From: Eledone cirrhosa
Taxonomy: Eukaryota
Assembly (NCBI GenBank): GCA_964016885.1
Contig: OZ024741.1
Location: 146,382,001-146,446,000 of the forward strand
Direction of reading: 5' to 3'
Length of the DNA stretch: 64,000 bases
Below the pieces are notes generated by a model that worked only from the letters and a program-made list of their open reading frames with translations, had not been told where the DNA came from and ran no database searches. Both the position numbers and the translations under genes were made by a program. Positions 13,405 through 25,439 of this stretch are shown one piece after another; the stretch's first letter is position 1, and every line of letters begins with the position of its first letter.

Positions 13405-13530
13405 AATGAAAATGTTGGTGGAGATGAAGATGATGGTAATGATGACGAGGATGGTGCTGCTAAGGATGATTGTAGTGGTAATGGTGGTGGTGGTGGTGGT
13501 GGTGGTGGTGATGAAGGTGATGATGAGGAA
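13405..13530. repeat. (GGT/GAT)n low-complexity tract
   Basis: Degenerate trinucleotide repeats; a similar tract lies at 16093-16300. Confidence 0.85.
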
Positions 13531-14199
13531 ATTTTTTATTGTATTTCTCCCATTTTCTTATAAAATCAATTCATTTTATTTCTTTTCTGTGATTGTAATA
13601 TTTTTATGCCCAATCCTTGATTCTATGAACCATTGAATTAAATGGGAGGCCATGTGGACAGAACATTAGGGTAACAAAAGAAAAATGATAAGATTAGAGT
13701 AATTATAGTATCATATTAATTGGTAGAAGAACAAGACAAATATGTACAAATATATACACACACATATGTACATACATACATATATACATACATACATACA
13801 CACACATACATATACATTAAAAAAATCATGCACACACACACACGTGTATATTGTACCAATGAAATTAGCATGATCGGTGTGTGTGCATAGTTTGATACTA
13901 CAGACAAAAACTGAAAGAAATAAAAGATGTGCAAGAAGGTGTAAAACAATATAGAAGTTTGGTGGAGCTGACAATGCTTCAAAGTTTCCAGTGCATTAAG
14001 TGCACTGAAATATTTATTCTGAACTGAGAGATAGTCTTTACCACTGTTCTAGCATATAAACTATTCATATGGATGCTTATTGTATTTTACATGATTGAAT
14101 TCTCCCCTTAAGCACAGAAGCACATATGAACATTATCTAAAGCTCTTGTTCTAAATCTTTTGAAAGGAAATATAAACCATATAGTCATATATACAGTTT

Positions 14200-14284
14200 A
14201 TACAGACATACATACATGCACACACACACACACACACACATATATATGTATAATAATATACATCTATATAAATATATATGTGTA

Positions 14285-14345
<61 letters not shown>

Positions 14346-14440
14346 ATATATCATTTATATGCATATATCATAAATCTTATATATTTATGTGTGTGTGTGA
14401 CTCTGCATCAGTATGAGTTTGTATATATATATATGACTGT
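14200..14440. repeat. (CA)n/(TA)n compound microsatellite
   Basis: Direct inspection; source of the YIYI-type ORFs. Confidence 0.95.
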
Positions 14441-15062
14441 ATGAATGCATTTATTCATTTTGCTTGTATGTGTGTGTGTGTGTATTTCTGTAGTGCATAT
14501 AGTGTGTTTATTATATACGCAAGAAAAAATGTGCAAATTTCTTCCTTGTATATTCTTAATGCGATGAATGAAATTTCAATAAAAATATGGTCCATACACT
14601 TTCTAATTTCTTTACTCTACTATTTTCTGAAATATAAGTAGTAAAATTGAAATAAACATATATATCATTTTCACCAAATTCAGTTTAAAAGGTTTTCATT
14701 CATGCTTTTCCTACCTCAACATGAAAAGATATTTATAAGTTGTAGTGTAAAATTTATAAATATATAATTATAAAAGTACCATTTCTAAATCTTAGAATCT
14801 TATGATTTTGTATACTCTGGTTAATATATATAAAATGATGGCTGTCACAGGGTATAGTAAAGAAGAAAAAAAAAAAGAGAAAAATAAAATTATTTATATA
14901 CTATTTCCGAAATATGAACAAAATTCATCTTAAAAAAACTATTGTATTTTTAATTTCATGTCAAGCAGCTTCTAGAAGTAAAGAAATTCCTATGCAAATG
15001 CACTGAAGAGCTTTGAAAGGACTGTATGTATGTGTGTATAAAAGTATGTATGTACATATATG

Positions 15063-15673
15063 TGTCGGGTCACCAGTTGGTGCTACTGGTAACATGTATG
15101 CCAGTACAACCTGTCCCATGGTCGGGTCATTGGCGACTAAACTGGCAACCCTACCAAGGTTTCTTGGTGAGGAGGGTGACTTTGGACATCCTGCAGGACT
15201 AAAAACAAAACCTGTCAAAGGGCAAAGGAGCTCTTCAGAGTCAATGGCCATCCAAAATCACCGGGAGAGATGACCCCTTAGCCTTTATCAAGGCAGAATT
15301 CTAGGAGAAGGAAAACTCTGATATAACACCTGCAACCCTGATGGTATCCAATGATGTTGACTTGTTCTTCTTTTTGGTAAATATCATTTTGGTTAAGAGA
15401 GTGGGACTGGCTTTGTGCAGTGCCTTTGCTCACTATAAAAGCTTCACGGCACAGGCATTGCTTTATATCTGGAGATCTCTCTGCACTTGTCCTCACATGG
15501 TACCATGGGCCCAGCACTATGTGTCAATAATTGTCACAAGTGTAGTGTTTGTACCAGAGTTTTCAATATGCTGGCTGGACTAAAAAGTCACACTCGTTCA
15601 GCGCATCGGTAGGCGTTCTCCTACATGGATATAAAGTAGTGGCCGTACTCGAAAACGAGTTGGCAGCCACCAT
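15063..15673 (+). mobile_element. Internally deleted non-autonomous RTE (BovB-like) element
   Basis: RTE-type 5' UTR motif TAGGAGAAGGAAAACTCTGA...AACACCTGC, a C-terminal C2H2 finger remnant CSVCTRVFNMLAGLKSHTRSAHR* (15541-15612), and a 3' stem-loop CTCG-AAAA-CGAG. Relatives at 34081-34543 and 44690-45290. Confidence 0.7.
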
Positions 15674-16550
15674 GTACATATATATATGTATTTATATGTA
15701 TTAGCATTTATATGTGTTTGTTTGCATATATATATATATATATATTTATACACATATGTGCCTGTGTTTTTATGCACATACACACATATAAATACGCCTG
15801 TATGGCAAAAACATTTGTTAACAAAGTTTGATGATTTGGGAACTGAGAGAAAGATTTAAATAAGAGAAGGAAAAACAACATTTTTATAGTGTAAACTTCA
15901 TATCAAGACACTGGTAAATAACTAATTGCTTTCAAGTATTCAGGTAAAATAGATAATATATAGCTATAAACGTTTTTAAAAAATGTTTTCTATTTATAAA
16001 AAAATCAAAATGTTTGCTAAAGAAATCACTGAATCATATTGTAAATAAATATATGAAGGATTTAACCTTATCTAGATCTCACTTATTCCACGAGGTGGTG
16101 ATAGTAGCATTGGTGGTAGTTGTAGTAGTGGTTGTGACTGTAACAAGGGTGATGGTGATGGTAGTGATTGTGGCAGTGGTTGCGGTAGTGAGTGCAGTGA
16201 TGTTTGCGGTGGTAACTGTAGCAATATTTGTGGTGGTGACAATGGTAGTGAAGATAGTGAGCATGGCAGTGCTAGGAGTAGTAGTTGTGTTGATGTATTT
16301 GGTATTCATATGATTAATTTGGCAATCTATCTATATACTACATCTAGCTTGAATTTGGTGACTGAATAAGTCATATGTATCATAAAACATGTGTTAGGAC
16401 TGGATTTGTGTAGTGAATATTCCCTGCTAAATAGGGAGGGTTTCTAAGTGTGAGTGTGTACATATGTGTGTGTGTGTGTCTGTGATCAGTGTATATAGGT
16501 CACAGACACCCATATATTTATATATATATATGTATATATATGTATATATA

Positions 16551-17860
16551 TGGGTTTGTGCCAGGAAGAGGCACCACGGATGCCCTCTTCCTTGTGAGGC
16601 AGTTACAGGAAAAGTACCTAGCTAAAGGTAAGCCGCTCTAGTTGGCATTTGTCGAACTGGAAAAAGCCTTCGATAGAGTCCCCCATGCTATAATCTGGTG
16701 GGCTCTTAGAAAACTAGGAATAGATGAATGGCTTGTGAAAGCTGTACAAGCCATGTATAGGGGAGCAGTCAGCAAAGTTAGGATTAGCAATGACTATAAC
16801 GAGGAATTTAGCATAGAGGTCCACCAGGGCTCTGTTCTTAGTCCTCTCCTGTTCATCATAGTTCTGCAGGCAATAATGGAGGAGTTTAAGACAGGATGCC
16901 CATGGGAATTCCTATATGCAGATGACCTCGCACTTATAGCTGAATGTATGGTAGAACTAGAGAAGAAATTCCAAACTTGGAAGCAAGGACTAGAAAGAAA
17001 GGGTCTCAAAGTCAACCTGACAAAGACTAAGGTTCTTGTAAGTAGACGAGAAAACAGAACCCAGATCCCCCCAGGGAAATGGCCTTGCTCAGTATGTAGG
17101 AAAGGTATAGGTAGGAACTCCATCCTCTGCCCCAAATGCAAACAATGGGTACACAAGAGATGTAGTGGGATCTCAGGAAGCATAACTAAGAATGTAGGCT
17201 TCACATGTAGCAGCTGTGCTAGGACAGCAAGCAGCAAACAGTCACAGGAAACAAGAATCACTAAACTCTGGGGGGGGGGGGGGGGGGGGGGCTCTGTAGA
17301 AACAGTAGACAGCTTCTGCTACCTAGGTGACCGAATTAGCAGCGGAGGTGGGTGATCAGAAAGTACAATAACTAGGGTTAGAATGGGATGGAAGAAGTTC
17401 AGAGAGCTACTGCCACTGCTAGCTGCAAAAGGCTTTTCCCTCAACATGAAAGGCAGACTGTATGATGCGTGTATACGAACAGCAATGTTACATGGTAGTG
17501 AGATCTGGGCGTTGTCTGTAGAAGACTTGCGTAGATTAGAAAGAAACGAAGCCTACATGCTCCGATGGATGTGTAATAGTAATATACATGAACGGCAAAG
17601 CATAAACGAATTGAGAGAAAGACTGAGCATAAGAGGAATCAAATGGTGTGTGCAGGAGAGGAGGTTGCGTTGGTATGGACATGTGATGCGTATGAAGGAT
17701 GACAGCTGCATAAAAAGGTGCAGAGCACTAGAAGTTGATGGAAGACGCAGAGTGGGGAGACCCAAGAAGACCTGGGATAAGGTGATAAAAGCTGACCTTA
17801 CCCAATTGCACCTCTCAAAGGTGATGACACACGACTGCAACCTCTGTCATTACACAAGAT
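16551..17860 (+). pseudogene. Truncated RTE LINE ORF2 (RT with an internal PHD finger)
   Basis: LEKAFDRVP, HQGSVLSPLLF, YADD, FCYLG, LRWYGHVMR and GRPKKTW motifs; C4HC3 finger at 17086-17217; premature stop at 17353-17355. Confidence 0.92.
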
Positions 17861-18979
17861 TCATGACCATAGGTAAAGGTTGGCATGTATACGGAATTGA
17901 TGAAAGTAAGTTTGGTTTCTACACCTACCTCCCTTATATTGTCAATGGCATAAATTATTAGTAGTTTTTAGTTCTCAATTCATGTCTCTTTTAGATATAT
18001 TTTCATTATTCATATTCGCAGAATGGCACAGATAAGGCTGTATGATTAAGGAATTTGCTTTACAACCATGTGGATTCATCAGATTTATTCTCACTGCCTT
18101 TTCTATAGCCTTAGATAGATCATTGTCTGTGTTGTGAGTGACATTTAGTCAATGGAGCCTGTGTAGGAGTGTCTACCATGTATGTGTGTGTTATATACAT
18201 ATATATAGAGAGAGAGCGAGAGTGAGAGAGAGCCAGAGAGACAGGCAGAGACAGATAGATACTAAAAGACAAAGACTTACACATGTATATCATATATACA
18301 TTCATATATGTGTGTGTCTGTGTTTACATTTACTATTTGTTTATGTTCTGTAACTTAGCAGTTTGACAAAAATGAATCAATAAAATTAATTACCAGACAT
18401 GAAAGAAAGAAAAGTACTGTGGTAGATGTGATCAACTAAATCTATTGAAACAAATACCTCAGCATCGCTGCAATCTAATGACTGAAACCAGTAGAATAAT
18501 TCAAGAAAGAATAATAGTTCTTTTAGTATATTTCATGTGAGAAAACAAACGTTCTTTGCTTTATTGAATTTGTAGGATCAATAGAGTGGTGGACAAAATT
18601 ATTTTTACTATTTGGTTCTATATGCTATGTTCCACATTTTTCATTTCAAATCATGCCAATCAAGTGTCTTTCAATATCCAGGAGTCGATTAACTCTTTTA
18701 TTACTGTATTTCTAATGAAAGACAGACTATAATTTTCAAATAATTTTGAAAATATTCAAGAATATGTGTAGATTAAGTAATATAGCCAACATTTTCATTA
18801 TTAAGTTTGTATTTAGAATGTAACATAAAATATTATAGGAGATAAAACCTGTTGTAATAAAAGGGAACCTAATCCTATAACAAAAAGCAAAATGAAATGA
18901 AACACCCTGCTCAAGAACACAATGTATCATCTGCTCAAGAAATCTGGGCCCACAACCTTATGATCGTAAGTCCAACACA

Positions 18980-19182
18980 TTAACCCTTTTGATATTAAGC
19001 TGCCTTGACCTGGCTTTGGTTCTATGAAACAACTACATATTTTAAATATTCCAACATAATTTTATATAAGAACCACATTTCTTAGTAATAAAATAATGAT
19101 TTTATTATACTCCTAAAAATACTTAATTAACTAATTGAAATAGAGACTATTTCATTAGAAATACGGTAATTAAAGAGGTAAC
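18980..19182 (+). mobile_element. piggyBac-like MITE nested in a SINE head
   Basis: Begins TTAA-CCCTTTTGAT and ends ...GGTAATTAAAGAGGTAA, splitting a minus-strand tRNA-like SINE head. Related copies at about 18689-18830 (inverted), 19750-19880, 48633-48830, 49164-49410 and 52345-52570. Confidence 0.6.
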
Positions 19183-20120
19183 AACTAAGCCACAAACCTT
19201 CACACTACCAAGTGGCTGCTATTTTCTGGACAAAATTGGACATTAAAATCATCAACGCAAGAACTAATTAGTGATATTGATGACTTTAAAAACAATAAAG
19301 ATAAACTTCAGTGATGAAAATTTCCAAATATTATTTGGTTTAGCTGCTTTTCTGTATAAAGGCAAATCTATAAAATAGATTTAGCCATATGAAATTGCAA
19401 TATTATATAGAATAGCAATGGCATTTTCTGTTCAAGAATATTCTCTAGAGTAACTATATTATGATTATTGTTTCTTTTAGTGAAAGAAAAAAAATTACAA
19501 GGAAGATAAATTAGTTGCATTGATATCATGTTTCATATTGAAGACATTTATAATTAATTATTGTTGATGTGGTTCTTTTTTGTTTTCTGATATTTCAGCA
19601 GGGATTTCATTTCAAGTAGAAGTCTTCAAGTAGAAATATTTCTAAACACACATCCACCCACATTCCCATAGCATACATATTAGTTGGTGTTTTAAGCAGA
19701 TACTATTGAGATGATATCTATATTTGGGTTAGCCTGCTTCTAGGGAATAAAACTTTTAACATTTTGATATCAGACAGCCTGAAACTGTCTCTGGTTTTAC
19801 AATACAAACAGTTTATTTTAAAGAGCTTATTTTTAAAAAACCTTCCATCATAATTTTATGCAAGAATCTATATTAACCCTGTAATGATTTAGCAAAAAAT
19901 ATGCCAAAATTGGTTTGTTAGTTTTACACTATCTTTTACTAGTGGACAGATCATTGTGAATAATTGCAATAAACTAGACATTGATTTTTAATGTGATGCA
20001 ATCAGAGTGCTGTTTTATACTGTTCAAGAATGTTTTATTAATGCAGTTTCATGTGGTATAATATGTGATATGTTAATCTATGCTTCAACACAAACTTAAT
20101 AGGAAACAATTTAATAATAA

Positions 20121-20155
<35 letters not shown>

Positions 20156-22924
20156 ATAGTAGTAGTAGTAGTTCTTCTTCTTCATTGTCTTATTCCTCAG
20201 AAGGTTGTGGGGCAAAAATATTTATGACATACTTTGTACTTTAATTAGTTAATGAAGTATATACCTAGATTTACTAAAATTATCAATTATTTCCTTATTC
20301 TGATAGCACTTATAACAACATTTCACAAATGGCAGCTCATTCTTATATCAAATTATGCTGGAAGTTTTATTTTTAATAGGAATCCTTTAAAATGTGTGGT
20401 TTTGTTTAGTAGAACCAGAGGCAATTTTGGCTGGTTTGAAATCAAAAGGTTTATTGTTGATGCATTTCATCATGATGCCATTTATATAACTCATTTTCTC
20501 ATTTATCTATCTTTTCTAGTTTCACCTTTGACATCTACATTTCTAGCATATGAAATGGCTTCCTCTGATTACCTTCCTTTCTAAGATACACAGTATGCTA
20601 TGTATTGTGCATTTTGTAAACATGAGCGTAATACTTGAAAAGCTTTCAAGTCATTAGCTCAAAAGAATTAACACATGAGGAGGATATGATAGATGGGTGC
20701 CTTGAGGAAATTTGAAAGCCTAGTATTGTATGTAAATAACCTTTCCACTCTGCAGCATTCTAAGGCTTTATGCTGTTTAAATAGAAAATGTAATATTAAC
20801 AGCCTGAAAGCTAATTAGTTGAAGAATCTCTTATCTGAAGTCTTCCAAGTTGAAACATGTAGAAAATTCTTCTTTTTTTTCTTGCTTCTTCACCATTGAG
20901 TCTCATTTATTAGACAAGACAAGCAAAACATGCCAATACTCTATGTTGATCTACAAATATATCTCTCAGCAATAAACTGCTGTTTTATTCATATACTTCA
21001 AACACAGCCTTTGGAACAGAGTATTTAGGTTCAAATTTTCTTGCCACAGAAATAATATTGACAAAAAGATTTTTATTTAAGTACAAAAACATCACTGTCA
21101 ATAAAAAGTGGTATTTCTTTTGACTCACTGTGCTTTGATTTAAAATCACAACGATATCAACTTAGCCTATCGTCCTTTCTATGTCGATAAATAAAGGTGT
21201 TCAATTCTTTCTCTGTTTCCTTTGGAAAATTTCAACCGGAGAGGAATGGACTCCAATTCCATCAAGAGTTAGAGGCCCTTTACCTTACCCTTACTCTCTG
21301 TGGATGATTGGATGATTAAATCAGCACAGGCTGGAAGTAGAACCTATCTATGTTAGAAACTGGGGAGAAATATTTCAACCAGACCTGAGGATATTGAGTT
21401 GCAATGAGAAGAAGTTGTTATGCCTTCATATAGAAAATCCACGAGCAACATCTGCACAAAATGAACAAGTCTTTTTAGGGGACCAGATCTGCAGATGGGG
21501 TTGCAAGTCACTGCTGGGGGCGAATGTGTGTGTGTGAGCATGGACACACACATGCATATGTATAATATATACACACACATGTACATTATTGTACTTGTTA
21601 CACCTGTGTAGATTTGATTGGCCCCCTATAAGATTGTATTGCAAAATATTCTTGAGTATTTTAATGATAGGAGCCCCAATCCTATCGTTTTTTGCATATA
21701 TACACAAATACAAATATAAATATTATCATTATCATCGTCATCATTTAATGTCTATTTTCCCTGCTTGCATGTGTTAGATGGGTTATCACATTATAAGGCC
21801 AGATAGGTTCGGTGACTGCTTATATGATCCATTTTTGGCAGGGTTTCTCTGGCCAAGTACCCTTCCTAAGGCTAATCACTTTACAGTGTATACTGGGAAC
21901 TTTTCTCATGGCACCAGTGCTTCCACCTTAAAAGGTAGACTGGGTGTTTTTGTCATGGCCCAAGTATGACCACCATACAGGAAGAACTGAATTCGTTTTT
22001 GAGAGACGTTAACCTTGGGTTGTATATTCATAGCTTATGAATAATAACAAACATTTACTGATGTAGTGACTCTATATATATAGTGGAACCATCTTTATTA
22101 GATACATCCCAGTTGACAGGCAATCCAGTTTAGCTGAAGCTAACAACTAATCATCTAGTTAAGTTTTAAGTTTATGCATGCCAATATATAGAAACAAATT
22201 ATATCTAGAGGTGTACAATGACAAAAGGGTTTGGTTTGAAAGTAAAAAGTAAAACGTTGGATTTTTAGTAAGAGAAGCATGTAGTCTTTGCATAGAAATG
22301 TGGTAAATATATTCAATGGAGTTAGGATTAGAAGTTAAAAGTAAAACTTAAACACAGAAGAACTATTGGATACTTTTTATAATGTATGTATATATATATA
22401 TGTGTGTGTGAGGGCAGACCCCCCCCACCCCCACCCACCAAAAGAAAAGCAGTGGCACAATAGAACCTACTCAGGTTTCAACCACATAGCTCATAGAGTG
22501 GTGGGTGAATAGATCAAGATAAAGTACAGAGGACCCTCTGACAACCTCTTTAGTGATGGTGCCATGATAAAATGCTCCCAGAACACTCCGTAAATTGTTC
22601 ACACTGTAAAGGGAGAGAGATAGTGCCAATACCATCTGTAAGGAGGTAGTGCTGGTTTCATGATAAAATGAACCCAGTACATTGTGTAAGGTCGTTGGCA
22701 TTAGGAAGAGAATGCAGCTGTAGGGACAATGCCAAATATGGAACGTATGCACATGGTAAGGTTCCTCTAGCCCAGCTGGTATCAGACTCTAACAACCCAT
22801 ATAACCTATGACAGTGTGAGAAACAGAAGTACAATGATGATGGAGGTAATGATTTCATTGATAATCTCAATAATTTTGTTTTTGAATTTAAAAAAAAAAA
22901 TTTTTTTTAAGTTAGAAAAATAAT

Positions 22925-23312
22925 TGTTTCAACTATTGGCACAAGGCCAGCAATTACCCAGTACATTACTGGTACTTTATTTTATCGAACCCGTAAGGAT
23001 TGAAAGGCAAACTTAACCTCAGCGGGATTTGAACTCAGAATGGCAAGGACCGTAACTCTATGTGTCAAAGCAAGGCGTCCGACCCTCTACCGATACTGCC
23101 AATTCATACAAGTTAGAAAAATAATTGTTTCTACTTTTGGCACAAGGCCAGCAAATACCCAGTGTATTACTGGTACTTTATTTTATCGACCCCATAAGGA
23201 TGAAAGGCAAAATTAACCTCGGCGGGATTTGAACTCAGAATTGCAAGGGCCGTAACTCTATGCGTCAAAGCATGGCGTCCGACCCTCTACCGATACTGCC
23301 AATCCACCGCCT
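22925..23312 (-). mobile_element. Tandem pair of full-length SINE family A
   Basis: Two ~185-bp copies with A box (TGGCAGTATCGG) and B box (GTTCAAATCC), separated and flanked by AAGTTAGAAAAATAAT. Confidence 0.92.
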
Positions 23313-23765
23313 AAGTTAGAAAAATAATGTTACAAAAGTAGCTTCATCCCTCCTGCCTAAAGTACGAGTTGTACTTCAGTGACATTATCATTCTTTTTAA
23401 GACATATTTTTGCTCCTCCAAAGAGAGGGAGCACACAATTATGCCTATATATCAATGCCTGTATAAAGATATTGATTATGCAAATTGTTTCATAACATTT
23501 CAAATAATTGGATATACCTTTCCCTTGAAACATGTGTAAGGAAATAAATATGATTTAAAAGATAATTTTTCCATCTATATACTTGTTTGTTTTTGCTCTA
23601 TGTTTATGTATGCATCTCCAAATCTTTCTCCCTAAAATCTTTTCTCTTTAAACCTATATAATATATGAATACATTGAGCTAATTCTGAAAAGATGTGGCA
23701 ATTATACACTATCATATATAACTCTCTACTTTCCTTTGACCTTCGTATATATAGTTTTACCTTCG

Positions 23766-23796
<31 letters not shown>

Positions 23797-23799
<3 letters not shown>

Positions 23800-24780
23800 T
23801 CATCGTCATCGACATCACTGTTTAATGTCAATTTTCCACGCTGGCATGGGTTAGACGAGTTATCCTGTTGTGAGCAATGCTAAGTTAAGTGACCATAAAG
23901 AACTGATTTGGGCTTGATTTCTACAGCTGGATGCCCTTCCTAGCACCAACCTCATTTACTGTGAGTACTGGGTGCTTTTTGATGTGACACCTACTTTACC
24001 ACTTAACAGTGTGGGCTGGATGCTTTTACAAAACACGACCACTTTACAGTGTGGACTGGGTGCTTTTTGCCGTGACACCTACATGACCACTTTAAAATGT
24101 GGGCTGGGTACTTTTTGTTGTGTCAAAATCATGACCACTTTACAGCATGGACTATAATTCTATAAGTAAGGTTTGGTGCTACCAATTGGCCAGATCATCC
24201 TCATAATGGCACCACCCAGATTCCAAAATACAGAAACAATCTCAATATGTACTACATATGGTGCGGCCATCTGACCAAACTTGGCTCATAACTGGACCAC
24301 CCTGTAACACACCTCCACTACATATAAGGCTTGGTGCAGCCAACAGGCTTGACTTCCATCATAATGGCACCACCAGCTCTTAAATTATGGTTCTAATCTG
24401 AGCAGGGTATGGTGCAGCCAACTGGCCAGATCCTCTGGATATTGGTGCCACCCAGGGCCCCACTATGAGTAAGGCTTTGTGCGATCGACTGGCGAGACCT
24501 CCCTTATAATGGGATCACATAGCTCCCAAACTATGGTTCTGATCTAAGCAGGGTATGGCATGGCCAACTGGCCAAACCCTCCTCCTAATGGTAACATGCA
24601 GTTCCACACTGTAAATGTGGCTGGTGTTAGGAAGGGAATCCAGCTGTAAAAATCCCAGCCAAATTACAGTCCTGTCTGAGCAAGATATAGCACAGCCAAC
24701 AGGCCAGATTTCTCTCATGATGTAGGCAACCCATCTAACTCATGCAAGCATGGAAAAATAGATGTTAAATGGTGATGACA
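23797..24780. repeat. Two oppositely oriented family B (SINE-like/RTE 3' UTR) units around a diverged tandem array
   Basis: Minus copy 23797-24152 has an (ATC)n tail and 45-bp VNTR. Array of 65-85-bp units at 24165-24600. Plus copy 24600-24780 has GGAAGGGAATCCAGCTGTAAAA and its tail. Confidence 0.75.
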
Positions 24781-25439
24781 CATACACACACACATATAAT
24801 ATATATATATATATAATGTGTGCGTGTGTATAGAAGTATAGCAACTTCAAAGTGGAAGTAAATAGTAGACAGTAATAGTTAATTGGTTATTAATATTTAC
24901 AGGAAAAGGTCAGCGTTGTGCTAATAGAAACGGTAACCATTAATCAAGAGAAGAAATGAAATAATCTATAAAACATGTAATTCACATGGAGCTATGGCTG
25001 ACTGGCCAGCCAATATAGTTAAGAACAACTGAACTAACTGCTGGAATCTGACAACTAGCCAAAATAGAAATTAAAAACAACACCAGAAATCTAGTGCTGT
25101 AAAAGAGCCAAATACACCACAGAATTCTCTGTAAGTGAAACAACTTTACTGGTTATTTAACGATTTTGAAGTAAGTGAACTTTCTCTAACCTTATTTTCA
25201 ATGTCTTGTTACATAACCCACTACTGTTTCGCATTTGTGATAATTACTAATCTGAAGAAGAATTATTGTTGTAGTCAACTTAAATTATTGTATTCTCGTT
25301 TTAAAGAGACATTATATGTCAGAGTTTATTTCCACTGCATATATTCTTTCAGTGAGTGTAAACAAGTATGACAAGAGTCAGGATATTTGAAATGATAGCC
25401 CTATAATGTGTCAATAAATATTTTATATATATATATATA

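Noticed and set aside
13711-14641. ORFs rich in YI, CV or HT dipeptides (also near 29258, 35014, 37110-38300, 40251 and 60320)
   Set aside because: These are translations of (TA)n/(CA)n microsatellites, not genes.
15063-15200. HDV-like or twister ribozyme, or a solo LTR (TG...CA ends)
   Set aside because: No P1 partner for an HDV fold and no twister pseudoknots could be placed. The RTE 5' motif, C2H2 remnant and 3' hairpin fit a LINE derivative better than an LTR.
16014-16313. Val-rich membrane-like and Thr-rich mucin-like ORFs
   Set aside because: Decayed (GGT/GAT)n tract with no splice signals or domain.
24165-24600. CRISPR-like repeat-spacer appearance
   Set aside because: Units are diverged along their whole length and derive from a retroelement; the context is eukaryotic and there are no cas genes.
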